Positions 1 to 8,776 are shown, counted from the stretch's first letter. The stretch: DNA of 64,000 nt from Candidatus Gastranaerophilales bacterium (GCA_944322665.1 CALUPM010000001.1:7201-71200); one strand, 5' to 3'. The notes: generated from the letters alone by a model not told the origin. A program made the numbers and translations.

Positions 1-260
1 CACAGATGCGCGCTCAATTCGTCCTTCGGTGCATATCTTTCAAGCAGAAGCCTTAAGATATACTCGTTATTTTCGTTTGCGTTGTTGAGTTCTTTATAGA
101 GTATTTTAACAATTGTTTTTTTGTCGTTCTGTGCATCAAGAATGTCTATATTAAGATTTTTCAGCGCAGAAAGGTCGCTTATTCCGCTGAATTTTGCAAT
201 CATATCCAGTATAAGCGTTTTTACTTCAAACGGATTTAACTGTTTGAAAATCCCCGTCAT
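1..260 (-). CDS. hypothetical protein, N-terminal part only (gene runs off left edge)
   Basis: Minus-strand frame stays open from ATG at 260-258 to position 1 (MTGIFKQLNPFEVKTLILDMIAKF...). Its ATG overlaps the TGA of the upstream gene (ATGA), suggesting translational coupling. No family recognised. Confidence 0.5.
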   Translation of the reverse strand, partial: MTGIFKQLNPFEVKTLILDMIAKFSGISDLSALKNLNIDILDAQNDKKTIVKILYKELNNANENNEYILRLLLERYAPKDELSAHL

Positions 261-541
261 CTTTTTGCTTTCCCCCAGAAGGCGTCAAGAATTTTCTGTG
301 CGTCTGCCGACGGCATCCTGTCGTTTAAAATCAGGTATTGTACCGCTATCATTGCGCATTCCGAGCAAATATTTACGCCGGGCCCTTTTACCATTTTCAG
401 AACCTGAGTGTTAGGTCTGCCGCAAAAGCTGCAATATACAGGTTCAAAGCCTTTTTCTTCTTCTTTTTCCTTTGGCTCGTTTTCATGTTTTGGCGTATGT
501 TCGCGTTTTTCCCCTAACCTGATTACTTTTTCTTCGGACAT
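257..541 (-). CDS. stand-alone ClpX-type C4 zinc-finger (ZBD) protein
   Basis: YCSFCGRPNTQVLKMVKGPGVNICSECAMIAVQYL matches the CxxC-N18-CxxC zinc-binding domain at the ClpX N-terminus. There is no AAA+ module. GGAG RBS upstream. Confidence 0.75.
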   Translation of the reverse strand: MSEEKVIRLGEKREHTPKHENEPKEKEEEKGFEPVYCSFCGRPNTQVLKMVKGPGVNICSECAMIAVQYLILNDRMPSADAQKILDAFWGKAKR

Positions 542-722
542 TTTTTTCTCCTGTTTTTGCCCACGTTACTATTTTGTTACAAACTCATATTTCTAAAAAT
601 AGTTTACATGGACGGTTATTTTTTTATATGTTAATTGTAACTTAAATTTATAAAATTTGCCAAATTTTTATGCTTATTTTATAATTCGTTTACATCAATT
701 AATATAAGAGGATGATGAGTAT

Positions 723-1310
723 ATGAAAAAAGCGCTTCTGCTTGTAAGTATATTGTTTATATCGGTTGTTTCAACTGCTTGTATTAATAAGTTTGCGGTT
801 CAGGAGCTTAACAACAAAGCTAAAAGTTATATTGAACAGGGTGATTATGAAAACGCGATTGAGCGTCTTAAGTCTAGTGCGGATTTGGACGGCAGTGTTT
901 TTGAAACCCATTACAATCTTGCTGTTGCTTACACGCAGGCAGAAGATTATCAGAATGCCATTAATTCTTTCCGCAAAGCGATTGAACTTAATCCTGAATT
1001 TGCTGATGCTTATTATTCTCTTGCTGTGGCGGAAGAAGATTTCTCAATTGATCTTGCAAAAGGTGTTCTGACAATTGACGAAAACGGCGCTGTTGTCAGG
1101 GTTGATGAAGAAACCCTTCAAAATCAGGACAAAATTACGCTTTCAGATACTGCAAAGCAGATGATTAATGATTTGCTTTCTGATGCCGTGAATAATTACA
1201 ACCTTTACCTTGAAAAAGGGCAGAACCTGCAGGATGGCGACGAGGTTAGGCAAAAAATACAGAAGCTTATTGAAGAGCAAAACGAAAATCAGCAAAATAC
1301 GGAAGGTTAG
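723..1310 (+). CDS. TPR-repeat lipoprotein
   Basis: Signal peptide with lipobox (VVSTAC). TPR-like repeats (YNLAVAYTQAEDYQNAINSFRKAIELNPEFADAYYSLA). GAGGA RBS. Confidence 0.8.
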   Translation: MKKALLLVSILFISVVSTACINKFAVQELNNKAKSYIEQGDYENAIERLKSSADLDGSVFETHYNLAVAYTQAEDYQNAINSFRKAIELNPEFADAYYSLAVAEEDFSIDLAKGVLTIDENGAVVRVDEETLQNQDKITLSDTAKQMINDLLSDAVNNYNLYLEKGQNLQDGDEVRQKIQKLIEEQNENQQNTEG

Positions 1311-1313
1311 ATT

Positions 1314-2117
1314 ATGACCTTTCAATCCCCCGGAGATGTTGCGTTTGAGGTGTTTGGTTTTCCGGTGTACTGGTACGGAATAATTCTTGCATCTGCCTGT
1401 CTGGTTGCAGTTTGTGCTGCAAGAGTTTTGTATTCTTTTGTCTACAAAGACGGAAAGGGCGATATGATCTGGGATGCGGCGCCTTTTGTCGTAATCCTCG
1501 GAATAATCGGTGCACGGCTTTATTATTGCCTCGTAAATATTGATTATTATTTCTTTCATCCTTTGGAAATTTTTTACATAAGAGGCGGCGGACTTTCTAT
1601 CCACGGAGGTTTGATTGCGGGAATTCTCGGGCTTTTGTGGGCAGCGAAAAAATATAAGGTCTCTTTTTTAAGGCTTCTTGACCTCTTTTCTGCCGGAACT
1701 GTTCTTGCGCAAAGCTTTGGAAGATGGGGAAATTTTTTTAACAATGAAGCTTTCGGGCTGCCGTATGACGGTTTTTTTAAGCTTTACATCCCGCCGGCGT
1801 TCAGACCGGAAGGGTTTGCGGCTTTTGAATATTATCATCCTGCCTTTCTCTATGAAAGTGCTGCGGATTTTGTTATCTTTTTTATTCTTGTTTTTACTCT
1901 GAAGCGTTTCGGTGTTAAGTTTGAAGGGCTTACTCTCTGTTTATACCTTATGTTGTATTCTTTAGCAAGATTTTTTATAGAAGGTATAAGGCTTGACAGT
2001 GCTTTGAATCTCGGAAACCTTCATATAGCGCAAATAATTTCGGTCTGTATATTCGCAGGTGCACTTGCAGGGTTCGTGTTTATTCTTTTTAAGCGTAAAA
2101 CATTAAAGTCTGATTGA
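1314..2117 (+). CDS. lgt: prolipoprotein diacylglyceryl transferase
   Basis: Lgt signatures: FPVYWYGIILA, GGLSIHGGLIAG, GRWGNFFNNEAFG. Polytopic membrane profile. Confidence 0.93.
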   Translation: MTFQSPGDVAFEVFGFPVYWYGIILASACLVAVCAARVLYSFVYKDGKGDMIWDAAPFVVILGIIGARLYYCLVNIDYYFFHPLEIFYIRGGGLSIHGGLIAGILGLLWAAKKYKVSFLRLLDLFSAGTVLAQSFGRWGNFFNNEAFGLPYDGFFKLYIPPAFRPEGFAAFEYYHPAFLYESAADFVIFFILVFTLKRFGVKFEGLTLCLYLMLYSLARFFIEGIRLDSALNLGNLHIAQIISVCIFAGALAGFVFILFKRKTLKSD

Positions 2118-2148
2118 TTTAACCTTATTTTTGGTGTTTTATATAAGT

Positions 2149-3324
2149 ATGAGAAATTTTACACCAAAACACCCCGTTCTGTGGCTTAATCAGGCTCATC
2201 TGGTTAATGATATCTACACAGGTATGCTGAACCCGATTATGCCGTTTATCGCAGGTAAACTCGGTATTTCAATGGCTTTTGCGACTGTTATTCTGAGTTT
2301 GTCGCATATATTTTCGTCGCTTTTGCAGCCGCTGTTCGGATTTTTTGCGGATAATATAGTAAAAAGAGTTTTTATTTTCTGGGGATTGATTTTTACGTCA
2401 ATTTTCATATCTCTTGCGCCGGCATCGCATGACGTATGGATTTTGATTTTGTGCATAATTCTCGGAAGCCTCGGTTCAAGCTTTTTTCACCCGCAGGCAC
2501 TCGGGCTTATCGTAAAATTTGCACAGAGCGACAAAGCTAAAATCATGGGAATTTTTATTGCAATGGGTTCTATCGGCTTTTCTCTGGGGCCTGTTCTTTC
2601 AGCTTGTGTCGCGCAGTTTCTCGGGCTGAAAAACATGCCTTTCCTCTGTATTCCCGGGTTATTTACAGCTTTTATGATGTTCTTTCTTGTGCCCAAAATT
2701 CCGGCTGTAATTTCTCAAAAATCAAATATGAAATTTATTGATGCTTTCGGAGATATTCTCAAAAACAAAAAGCTTCAAATCCTTATTACCATTGCTATTT
2801 TAAAAACACTGATTACAACTTCGTGCTCAATTCTACTGCCTTTTCTTTGGAAAAGCATGGGGTACAAACCTTTTTATATCGGATGTATTTTGTTCGGATT
2901 TATATTTGCCGGAGGCTTGGGGTCTGCTTTAAGCCGGTATTTTGAAAAGAAAGCAGGAACTGCAAATATATTCTACATGTCCATGACGTCAACTCTTCCG
3001 CTGATGATTTTGTTTGCGCTGACTTACAGAACGTTGCCGCATCTTTCGGAGGCAATCTTTATTTTAATAGGTTTTATAACAATGCTTGCCCAGCCAGTTA
3101 CAATGGTGATGGCGCAGGGCGTGCTTCCACAGTATAAGAGTATTATCGGCGGGTTTATAAACGGTTTTTCGTGGGGGATTGTTGCGATATTCATGTCTGC
3201 AATCGGGTTTGCAGCGCAGGCAAAAGGTATTATTCCCGTACTTGTAACTGTTTCTGTCGTGCCGGTTCTCTTTTCAAGGCTTGTGAGGTATTTGTTTATT
3301 GAACATGAAAGCTCTGAGGCTTAG
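2149..3324 (+). CDS. MFS transporter (Fsr/fosmidomycin-resistance-like)
   Basis: About 12 TM segments and an MFS-like N-terminus (NDIYTGMLNPIMPFI). The track ORF starts at TTG 2131; ATG 2149 is preferred, but the start is uncertain. Confidence 0.8.
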   Translation: MRNFTPKHPVLWLNQAHLVNDIYTGMLNPIMPFIAGKLGISMAFATVILSLSHIFSSLLQPLFGFFADNIVKRVFIFWGLIFTSIFISLAPASHDVWILILCIILGSLGSSFFHPQALGLIVKFAQSDKAKIMGIFIAMGSIGFSLGPVLSACVAQFLGLKNMPFLCIPGLFTAFMMFFLVPKIPAVISQKSNMKFIDAFGDILKNKKLQILITIAILKTLITTSCSILLPFLWKSMGYKPFYIGCILFGFIFAGGLGSALSRYFEKKAGTANIFYMSMTSTLPLMILFALTYRTLPHLSEAIFILIGFITMLAQPVTMVMAQGVLPQYKSIIGGFINGFSWGIVAIFMSAIGFAAQAKGIIPVLVTVSVVPVLFSRLVRYLFIEHESSEA

Positions 3325-3518
3325 CTGCCGTCATAAAAGAATAGCCGTTTGCGACGTTATAAAAATCGCCGGATTGTATAGGACTTTTGGCATAACATGG
3401 TTGTATGTAATGTTCAATAATTCCGTATAATCAGCATTCACAGAGCATGCAAAATCCTGCATAGCTCTTAATATATGATTTAGAACAAATAAACACAAAA
3501 GCTCAAAGACCGGAAAAA

Positions 3519-3797
3519 TTAAGCAAGTACAGAAAATCTGCCGTTTTTAATATCATCAGCCTGTTGTTTTGCTGCCATTTTTTCCTGAAGGCTTGCAATT
3601 TTAAAGAGCATACTGTTGGATGCTAAATCAAGACTGAGTTTTTTGTCCATTTCATGCAGCATTGTAAGGTCGTTTTCTCCTCCGAATGTGTGATTGGAAA
3701 GAATATTATTCATTTGATTGTATGTTTGCATAATACCGAATGCAGCATTGTTCATGCTTTGCGCAGCGTTAAATCTTACTATTGACGAAACTAGCAT
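3519..3797 (-). CDS. hypothetical small Gln/Asn/Met-rich helical protein (92 aa)
   Basis: ORF with GAGGG RBS. A TTTATATA box lies about 105 nt upstream (3903-3910). No family recognised. Confidence 0.6.
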   Translation of the reverse strand: MLVSSIVRFNAAQSMNNAAFGIMQTYNQMNNILSNHTFGGENDLTMLHEMDKKLSLDLASNSMLFKIASLQEKMAAKQQADDIKNGRFSVLA

Positions 3798-3936
3798 TTA
3801 CCCTCACTAACCGGGTTTGGAAAGACCACCCAAATCCATGTTTTTACCTTTATATTTTAGAACAGTTATTTTTATTTTTCAAGTACATAAAAGTATAATT
3901 TATATATAAAGTTTTGTAACGAAATTAGCAAGTTGT

Positions 3937-3967
3937 GAAATTTGATAAAACTTATATACTTTATATA
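3937..3967 (+). promoter_or_regulatory. shared motif copy: GAAAT-N18-TTTATATA (drives the candidate sRNA)
   Basis: GAAAT at 3937-3941 and TTTATATA at 3960-3967. A back-to-back TTTATATA box on the minus strand at 3903-3910 faces gene 3519..3797. Confidence 0.5.
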
Positions 3968-3974
3968 TATGTAA

Positions 3975-4142
3975 GACGAAACGAAAGAGAGCAGCATAAA
4001 TAACCACGAGTGATATTAAGAGACATAAGTAAGAGAGATAGAGAAAAAAGAAAAGAGATTATCCGTTAAATAAATAAGAGAGATGTTTATTCCTTCCTTC
4101 CTAAAAAAAGTATAGCCCCTTAAAAAAGGGGCTTTTTCTTTT
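3975..4142 (+). ncRNA. candidate small RNA (purine-rich body, UUCCUUCCUUCC tract, intrinsic terminator)
   Basis: A full copy of the shared promoter motif (GAAAT-N18-TTTATATA, 3937-3967) points into a stretch with no ORF longer than 19 codons. The stretch ends at hairpin AGCCCCT/AGGGGCT plus T-run (4114-4142). The 5' end is inferred, not observed. Confidence 0.3.
4114..4142. terminator. bidirectional intrinsic terminator (pyk / candidate sRNA)
   Basis: AGCCCCT-TAAAAA-AGGGGCT flanked by A-run and T-run. Confidence 0.7.
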
Positions 4143-4167
4143 GTTTTAACATCGAATTTTTCTAAGA

Positions 4168-5610
4168 CTAGTTGGCAGATCCGATTGTGTGTATTTTAAT
4201 AAAATTTGTGCCGCCTACAAGAAGCTCGGGAACAGAACCTGAGAATATCACGGTATCGCCGTTTTTAAGCCCGAGTTTTTGTATCATAAATTTGTCTGCA
4301 CTCTGCAGTGCCGCACGGTCTATATTTCCGTCAAAATCAACTATAACAGGAAATACGCCTCTGTAAAGCTTCAAATCCCTGCAAATGTTTTTCTTCGGGC
4401 AGCAGGCGTAAATCGGAACGCTCAGACGGCCTTCTGATAAAAATTGTGCTGTAAATCCGCTTCCTGTAAGCGCCACAACTGCTTTGATATCCATTTTCTT
4501 TGACATATCTGCTATAGACATGCCTATTGCCATTGCCTGACTGTCTTTTTCTTCTTCTATCATTTTGCGCGGGAATTTGTTTTTGCGCATAAAAGGTGAA
4601 TTTTCTACGGTATCGGATATCTTTTTCATCATAGCAACTGCTTCTACAGGGTAAGCACCGGCAGCAGTTTCGCCTGACAGCATAATTGCATCAGTGCCGT
4701 CAAGAATTGCATTTGCAACGTCGCTGGTTTCAGCCCTTGTCGGAATCGGATTTTCTATCATGCTCTCAAGCATCTGGGTTGCGACAATTACGACTTTACG
4801 CTTGATATTTGCTTTTCTGATAATTGTCTTTTGGACAATCGGAACTTTTTCGGTCGAAATCTCAATGCCTAAATCCCCTCTTGCAACCATAATTCCGTCG
4901 GAAACTTCTATGATTTTATCTATGTTTTCGACTGCCTGTGGCTTTTCTATTTTTGAAATAATTTTGATGACGTTGTTATTGTAAGATTTTAAAAGTTCTC
5001 TCAACTGAACAACATCATCGGCATGCCTTACAAAAGAGAGCCCGAGATAGTCTACGTCATTTTCTGCTGCGAATTTAACGAACTTAATATCTCTTTCTGT
5101 CAGGACATCGATGCTGCCTGTTGAACCGGGAATATTTATACCTTTTCTCTGTTTTAAAAGCCCGTCTGTCAAAACTTTTGCGTAGATAACATCATCTTCA
5201 ACTTTTTGAACCTCAAGCTGAATTTTGCCGTCATCAATAAGAATCATTTCGCCTGATTTAACGTCATTGGCCATGCCTTTGTAATCAACAGGAATAATAT
5301 CTCCGGTCATTTCGTTCTGGTGGCGGAATTTAAGAACCTCGCCTTTCTTTAATTCAATCGGGTTGTCAAGACACCCGATTCTGATTTTCGGCCCCTGAAG
5401 GTCAAGAAGCACGGGAATTAAAGTCCCTTCTTCCTTTTCAATTTCACGGATGAATTTAAGATTTTGCTTGTGCATCTCTACATCACCGTGCGAAGAGTTC
5501 AATCTGAACATTGTTACACCTGTTTTATAAAGTGTACGTATCATTTCCTTTGTGTTGCTGGCAGGCCCGAGGGTTGCCACAATCTTTGTCATGTTAAAGT
5601 TTTCCATCAT
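4168..5610 (-). CDS. pyk: pyruvate kinase
   Basis: TKIVATLGPAS, MFRLNSSHG, MVARGDLGIE motifs. Typical length of 480 aa. Confidence 0.95.
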   Translation of the reverse strand: MMENFNMTKIVATLGPASNTKEMIRTLYKTGVTMFRLNSSHGDVEMHKQNLKFIREIEKEEGTLIPVLLDLQGPKIRIGCLDNPIELKKGEVLKFRHQNEMTGDIIPVDYKGMANDVKSGEMILIDDGKIQLEVQKVEDDVIYAKVLTDGLLKQRKGINIPGSTGSIDVLTERDIKFVKFAAENDVDYLGLSFVRHADDVVQLRELLKSYNNNVIKIISKIEKPQAVENIDKIIEVSDGIMVARGDLGIEISTEKVPIVQKTIIRKANIKRKVVIVATQMLESMIENPIPTRAETSDVANAILDGTDAIMLSGETAAGAYPVEAVAMMKKISDTVENSPFMRKNKFPRKMIEEEKDSQAMAIGMSIADMSKKMDIKAVVALTGSGFTAQFLSEGRLSVPIYACCPKKNICRDLKLYRGVFPVIVDFDGNIDRAALQSADKFMIQKLGLKNGDTVIFSGSVPELLVGGTNFIKIHTIGSAN

Positions 5611-5667
5611 CTTCCTCTTGCGGAAATCCGCTATTTATATAACTATCTAAAATAAACTTTAAAATAC

Positions 5668-5696
5668 TTTACAAAAATAAGTATTTTATTTATAAT
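5668..5696 (+). promoter_or_regulatory. sigma70-type promoter TTTACA-N17-TATAAT (SLH gene)
   Basis: Direct reading. Confidence 0.5.
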
Positions 5697-5752
5697 TCTA
5701 ATGTTATCATAAAAAAAAATCTTGTTGTAGTAAAGATGAGGAATTGAGATTT

Positions 5753-7024
5753 ATGAAAAACTTTTTAGCAACATTGACGGCATTATGCTTAACAGCATTC
5801 ATGGTCGTTCCGGCTTTCGCTTCCTCTAAAATTAATGACGTGAGCGACGGCTACTGGGCTCAGAAAGAAATCCTTGATGTGGTTTCAAACGACATCATGA
5901 ATCTTGATGAGAACAACAATTTTAATCCTGAAAAGGATGTTCCGAGAATCTGCTTTGTTAAGTCACTTTTGAAATTGTTATCAAATGACAATTTGAATGT
6001 TTCTATTTCAAATTCATTCTCGGATGTTGCTGCTGACGACAAAAATTATGATGATATTTTGCGTTCTCAGCAGTTAGGCCTTGTTTACGGCTATCCGGAC
6101 GGGACATTCAAGGCTTCAAAACTTATGACAAGAGCTGAAACACAGTCTGTAATCAGCCACATCACTCAGGACAAAGTCTCTGACACTTCTGCCCTTGCGT
6201 CTTTCTCTGATGCAAACAAAATTCCCTGCTGGGCAAAACAGGTTTACGCAAAAACTCTTGACTACGGTATTTACGTAAACTATCCGAACGAAAATGAACT
6301 TCGTCCGAATGACAACCTGACCAGAGCTGAAGCTGCTGTTCTTCTTTCAAGACTTAAGGCAAAGCTCGCTCTTGTTAAGAGAGAATACAAAGGTGAAGCT
6401 GTTGAACACTTGAAAGTTAAAAGAAATGCTCCGAACAACGAAGTTTATGTCCTTGAAAATTCTAACGTAATCAAAGAAGGTAACGTTCTTGAAGTTGCTT
6501 TCACTGACAAGTTCAGATCAGAAGAAGCTTCTGCAGGTCAGGCTGTTTACTTCGTAAACGAGGAGCCTATCTACACTGAAGAAGGAACTCTTATTGTTCC
6601 GGCAAATTCAAAATTCAACGGTTCTGTTGTAGCTATTGAAAACGAAAAATGGTTCAACAAAAATGCAAGAGTTTACGTTCAGTTGACAGAAATCGTTACT
6701 CCGGACGGCAAAACAACTTCTTTAAATGCTAAACCTTTCTACAAAAATTACGCATTAAAAGAAGGTCCGTGGATGACTGCAGGTAAATTGTTGCTCTATA
6801 CAGCAGGCGGTGCGGCTATCGGTACCGGTGCAGGTGTCGGCTTTGCATTCATTCCTGACCCTGTTAAAGTAGGTACAGGTGTTGCTATCGGTACTCCTGT
6901 AGGTGCGGGTGTCGGCCTTGTAACAGGTCTTGTAACTAAGGGGCTTAAATACCATGCAAAATCAGGTGAAGAAATTTATATAATTCTTCTTGATGATGCT
7001 GCTGTTGCAAAACAAGCTTTATAA
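5753..7024 (+). CDS. SLH-domain envelope protein with C-terminal glycine-zipper segment
   Basis: Signal peptide (VVPAFA/SSK). Three SLH-like repeats (SDGYWAQKEI..., FSDVAADDKNYDDI...YGYPDGTFKA, FSDANKIPCWAKQ...RPNDNLTRAEAAVLL). C-terminal AGGAAIGTGAGVGFAFIP...GTPVGAGVGLVTGLV. ATG 5753 sits behind GAGGAA; the track starts at TTG 5744. Confidence 0.85.
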   Translation: MKNFLATLTALCLTAFMVVPAFASSKINDVSDGYWAQKEILDVVSNDIMNLDENNNFNPEKDVPRICFVKSLLKLLSNDNLNVSISNSFSDVAADDKNYDDILRSQQLGLVYGYPDGTFKASKLMTRAETQSVISHITQDKVSDTSALASFSDANKIPCWAKQVYAKTLDYGIYVNYPNENELRPNDNLTRAEAAVLLSRLKAKLALVKREYKGEAVEHLKVKRNAPNNEVYVLENSNVIKEGNVLEVAFTDKFRSEEASAGQAVYFVNEEPIYTEEGTLIVPANSKFNGSVVAIENEKWFNKNARVYVQLTEIVTPDGKTTSLNAKPFYKNYALKEGPWMTAGKLLLYTAGGAAIGTGAGVGFAFIPDPVKVGTGVAIGTPVGAGVGLVTGLVTKGLKYHAKSGEEIYIILLDDAAVAKQAL

Positions 7025-7046
7025 TCAAAATTAAAAAGCTTTTAAA

Positions 7047-7078
7047 AGACCGGTTCATTTATGAGCCGGTCTTTTTTC
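7047..7078 (+). terminator. intrinsic terminator after the SLH gene
   Basis: GACCGGTTCAT...ATGAGCCGGTC followed by TTTTTT. Confidence 0.75.
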
Positions 7079-7211
7079 GTATAAACCGCCATTTAGTATT
7101 AGCTCTATCGGAGAAGTCTGTAGCGCCGTCGGGTATCGTAAATTTATTCAAAAACTTTAAAATAAAAATGTGGATAGCTTTTTATCCGTAAAATTTTAAA
7201 GGAGAATATGT

Positions 7212-7508
7212 ATGAAAAGATTATTTATGATGATGGCTCTGTTCGGACTCTTTTTAATTCCGGCACAAAGCGCAAATGCTTGGTCTGTCAGCCAGTTGAA
7301 CCCGCTTCCTTACATCGGAATAGGGCACAATTCAAGCTCATTCAGTCTGAATCCGTTCACAGGGTTCAAAAACTGTAATCCGTGTAAAGTTAAAAAATCT
7401 GACTGCGACCCGTGCAGGGCAAGAATGGTAGTAAATCCCTGCGACAGATGCGTTAAAGCCTTTCCTGAAGCTCCGTGCCCGTGTCAGAGAATAATTTATG
7501 ATTATTAA
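7212..7508 (+). CDS. small secreted Cys-rich protein (98 aa)
   Basis: Signal peptide ending AQSANA. The mature C-terminal half has 10 Cys in (N/D)PC, DRC and APCPC motifs. AAGGAG RBS. Confidence 0.65.
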   Translation: MKRLFMMMALFGLFLIPAQSANAWSVSQLNPLPYIGIGHNSSSFSLNPFTGFKNCNPCKVKKSDCDPCRARMVVNPCDRCVKAFPEAPCPCQRIIYDY

Positions 7509-7540
7509 TTGTGCAGCTTTTATAACTGCTGTACAGGTAC

Positions 7541-7579
7541 AAAAAGGAAATTCTTTTTAAAAAAGAGTTTCCTTTTTTG
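7541..7579. terminator. bidirectional terminator between convergent genes 7212..7508 and 7580..8416
   Basis: Long AAAAAGGAAATTCTTTT / AAAAGAGTTTCCTTTTT hairpin. Confidence 0.65.
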
Positions 7580-8416
7580 TTAATAAACAATTTCTTCAAG
7601 TGTTTTGAAAATTTTATCAGTAATCTGCCTGATATATTCCTGACTGACCATACCGTTTATGACAGCGTCTGATATCTGGTATGCAGGGCGGATGTACTCC
7701 TGAGCGGTTTTGTTTACGTCAGCAAACTGTAAATCAGCGGCTTTTCCGGTTTTGCCTCTGAGGGCTGCGCGTTTGTACCAGCGTTCTTTAATCACGTCAA
7801 GCGGGGTGAAAACGTAAACTTTTACGTCCATAATTTCTCTTAAACCTTCATTCAAAACGTACAAACCTTCCGTCAAAATGACTTTTGCCGGTTTTTTGAG
7901 TTCTCCGTCCGGATTGCTCACGCAGGTTACGAAATCATATAAGGGGGATTTAATTTCCTTTCCGCGTTTTAAATCCAGAAGGTGTTTTTTCATTAACTTG
8001 AGATTTATGGCTTCCGGAGTATCAAAGCTGAAGCCTGTTTTAAACAGCTCTTCATAACTTCCTGCTTCAAGAAGTTCTTTTGAAGTATCTTTATAATAGT
8101 CATCACAGCGGATTACCGTATATATTCCTTCTTTTTTCTCTTTAACGCAGGCTTTAATGGTGTTGTCTACGAAAACGGTTTTGCCGGAAGCACTTTCGCC
8201 GGTAATTCCTATCAAAAATGTTTTCTTCTTTTCCTGAACAACCATACGCGCAATATTCAGTATAAGATTGTCCGATGTCTTTAAAAACAGCGGCTGGGGC
8301 CGGGTTTTGTCTTCTTCAAGAATTTTTTTTAATGCTTCGACAATTGTCGAAATCATTTCCATATCGCGTCTTGATGAATAATAATCATAACTTGTCAGCT
8401 GAAAGTCCGTTTTCAT
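7580..8416 (-). CDS. uridine kinase / phosphoribulokinase-family P-loop kinase
   Basis: Walker A in LIGITGESASGKTVFVDN. Collinear with the PRK/URK family. About 60 aa of extra N-terminus. Confidence 0.75.
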   Translation of the reverse strand: MKTDFQLTSYDYYSSRRDMEMISTIVEALKKILEEDKTRPQPLFLKTSDNLILNIARMVVQEKKKTFLIGITGESASGKTVFVDNTIKACVKEKKEGIYTVIRCDDYYKDTSKELLEAGSYEELFKTGFSFDTPEAINLKLMKKHLLDLKRGKEIKSPLYDFVTCVSNPDGELKKPAKVILTEGLYVLNEGLREIMDVKVYVFTPLDVIKERWYKRAALRGKTGKAADLQFADVNKTAQEYIRPAYQISDAVINGMVSQEYIRQITDKIFKTLEEIVY

Positions 8417-8576
8417 ATTTCCTTTAACCCTTTAAAAATCTTATTTTAATATTGTACTTTAAACCATTTTTAATTTCCGCTAATAATAAATTTTGTAACA
8501 AAAATATTTAAAAATTTAAAGAAACGGGCAAAATATCCGTAAAGGATTTATGTAGAGATAATTGGAGTATGTAAAT

Positions 8577-8750
8577 ATGTACAAGGACGAAATTTTTGAA
8601 AATGCACTACGTGAAAAAAGAGAGCAGAATTACACACAGCTGAAAACCGAAATTTCATCAATGGAATTGGCCATTGAAAAGTTTTTGAACAGTGTACTTG
8701 AATGTACAGCTTCTGTATCGGAAAGAGATTTTCATGTCACGACACTATAG
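8577..8750 (+). CDS. hypothetical small protein (57 aa)
   Basis: ATG 8577 lies 9 nt after GGAG; the track uses TTG 8562. The 3' end lies inside a 12-bp perfect hairpin terminator. Confidence 0.4.
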   Translation: MYKDEIFENALREKREQNYTQLKTEISSMELAIEKFLNSVLECTASVSERDFHVTTL

Positions 8751-8773
8751 TTTTAAACTATAGTGTCGTTTTG
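8739..8773 (+). terminator. 12-bp perfect hairpin ACGACACTATAG/CTATAGTGTCGT plus TTTT
   Basis: Direct reading. Lies between convergent genes. Confidence 0.7.
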
Positions 8774-8776
8774 ACT

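Noticed and set aside
121-596. Plus-strand ORFs 121..414 and 408..596
   Set aside because: They lie antisense to the minus-strand ClpX-ZBD gene and its coupled downstream gene, have no RBS, and have odd composition. I read them as shadow ORFs.
1308-1316. Possible read-through fusion of the TPR lipoprotein with Lgt (same frame, TAG ATT ATG)
   Set aside because: Frame coincidence has a one-in-three chance. Lgt has a normal N-terminus at ATG 1314, and fusing a lipoprotein to Lgt makes no biological sense.
3331-3462. 43-codon minus-strand ORF (MQDFACSVNADYTELL...) downstream of 3519..3797
   Set aside because: The RBS spacing is poor (AGAG only 2 nt from the ATG) and there is no supporting feature. 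Left unannotated.
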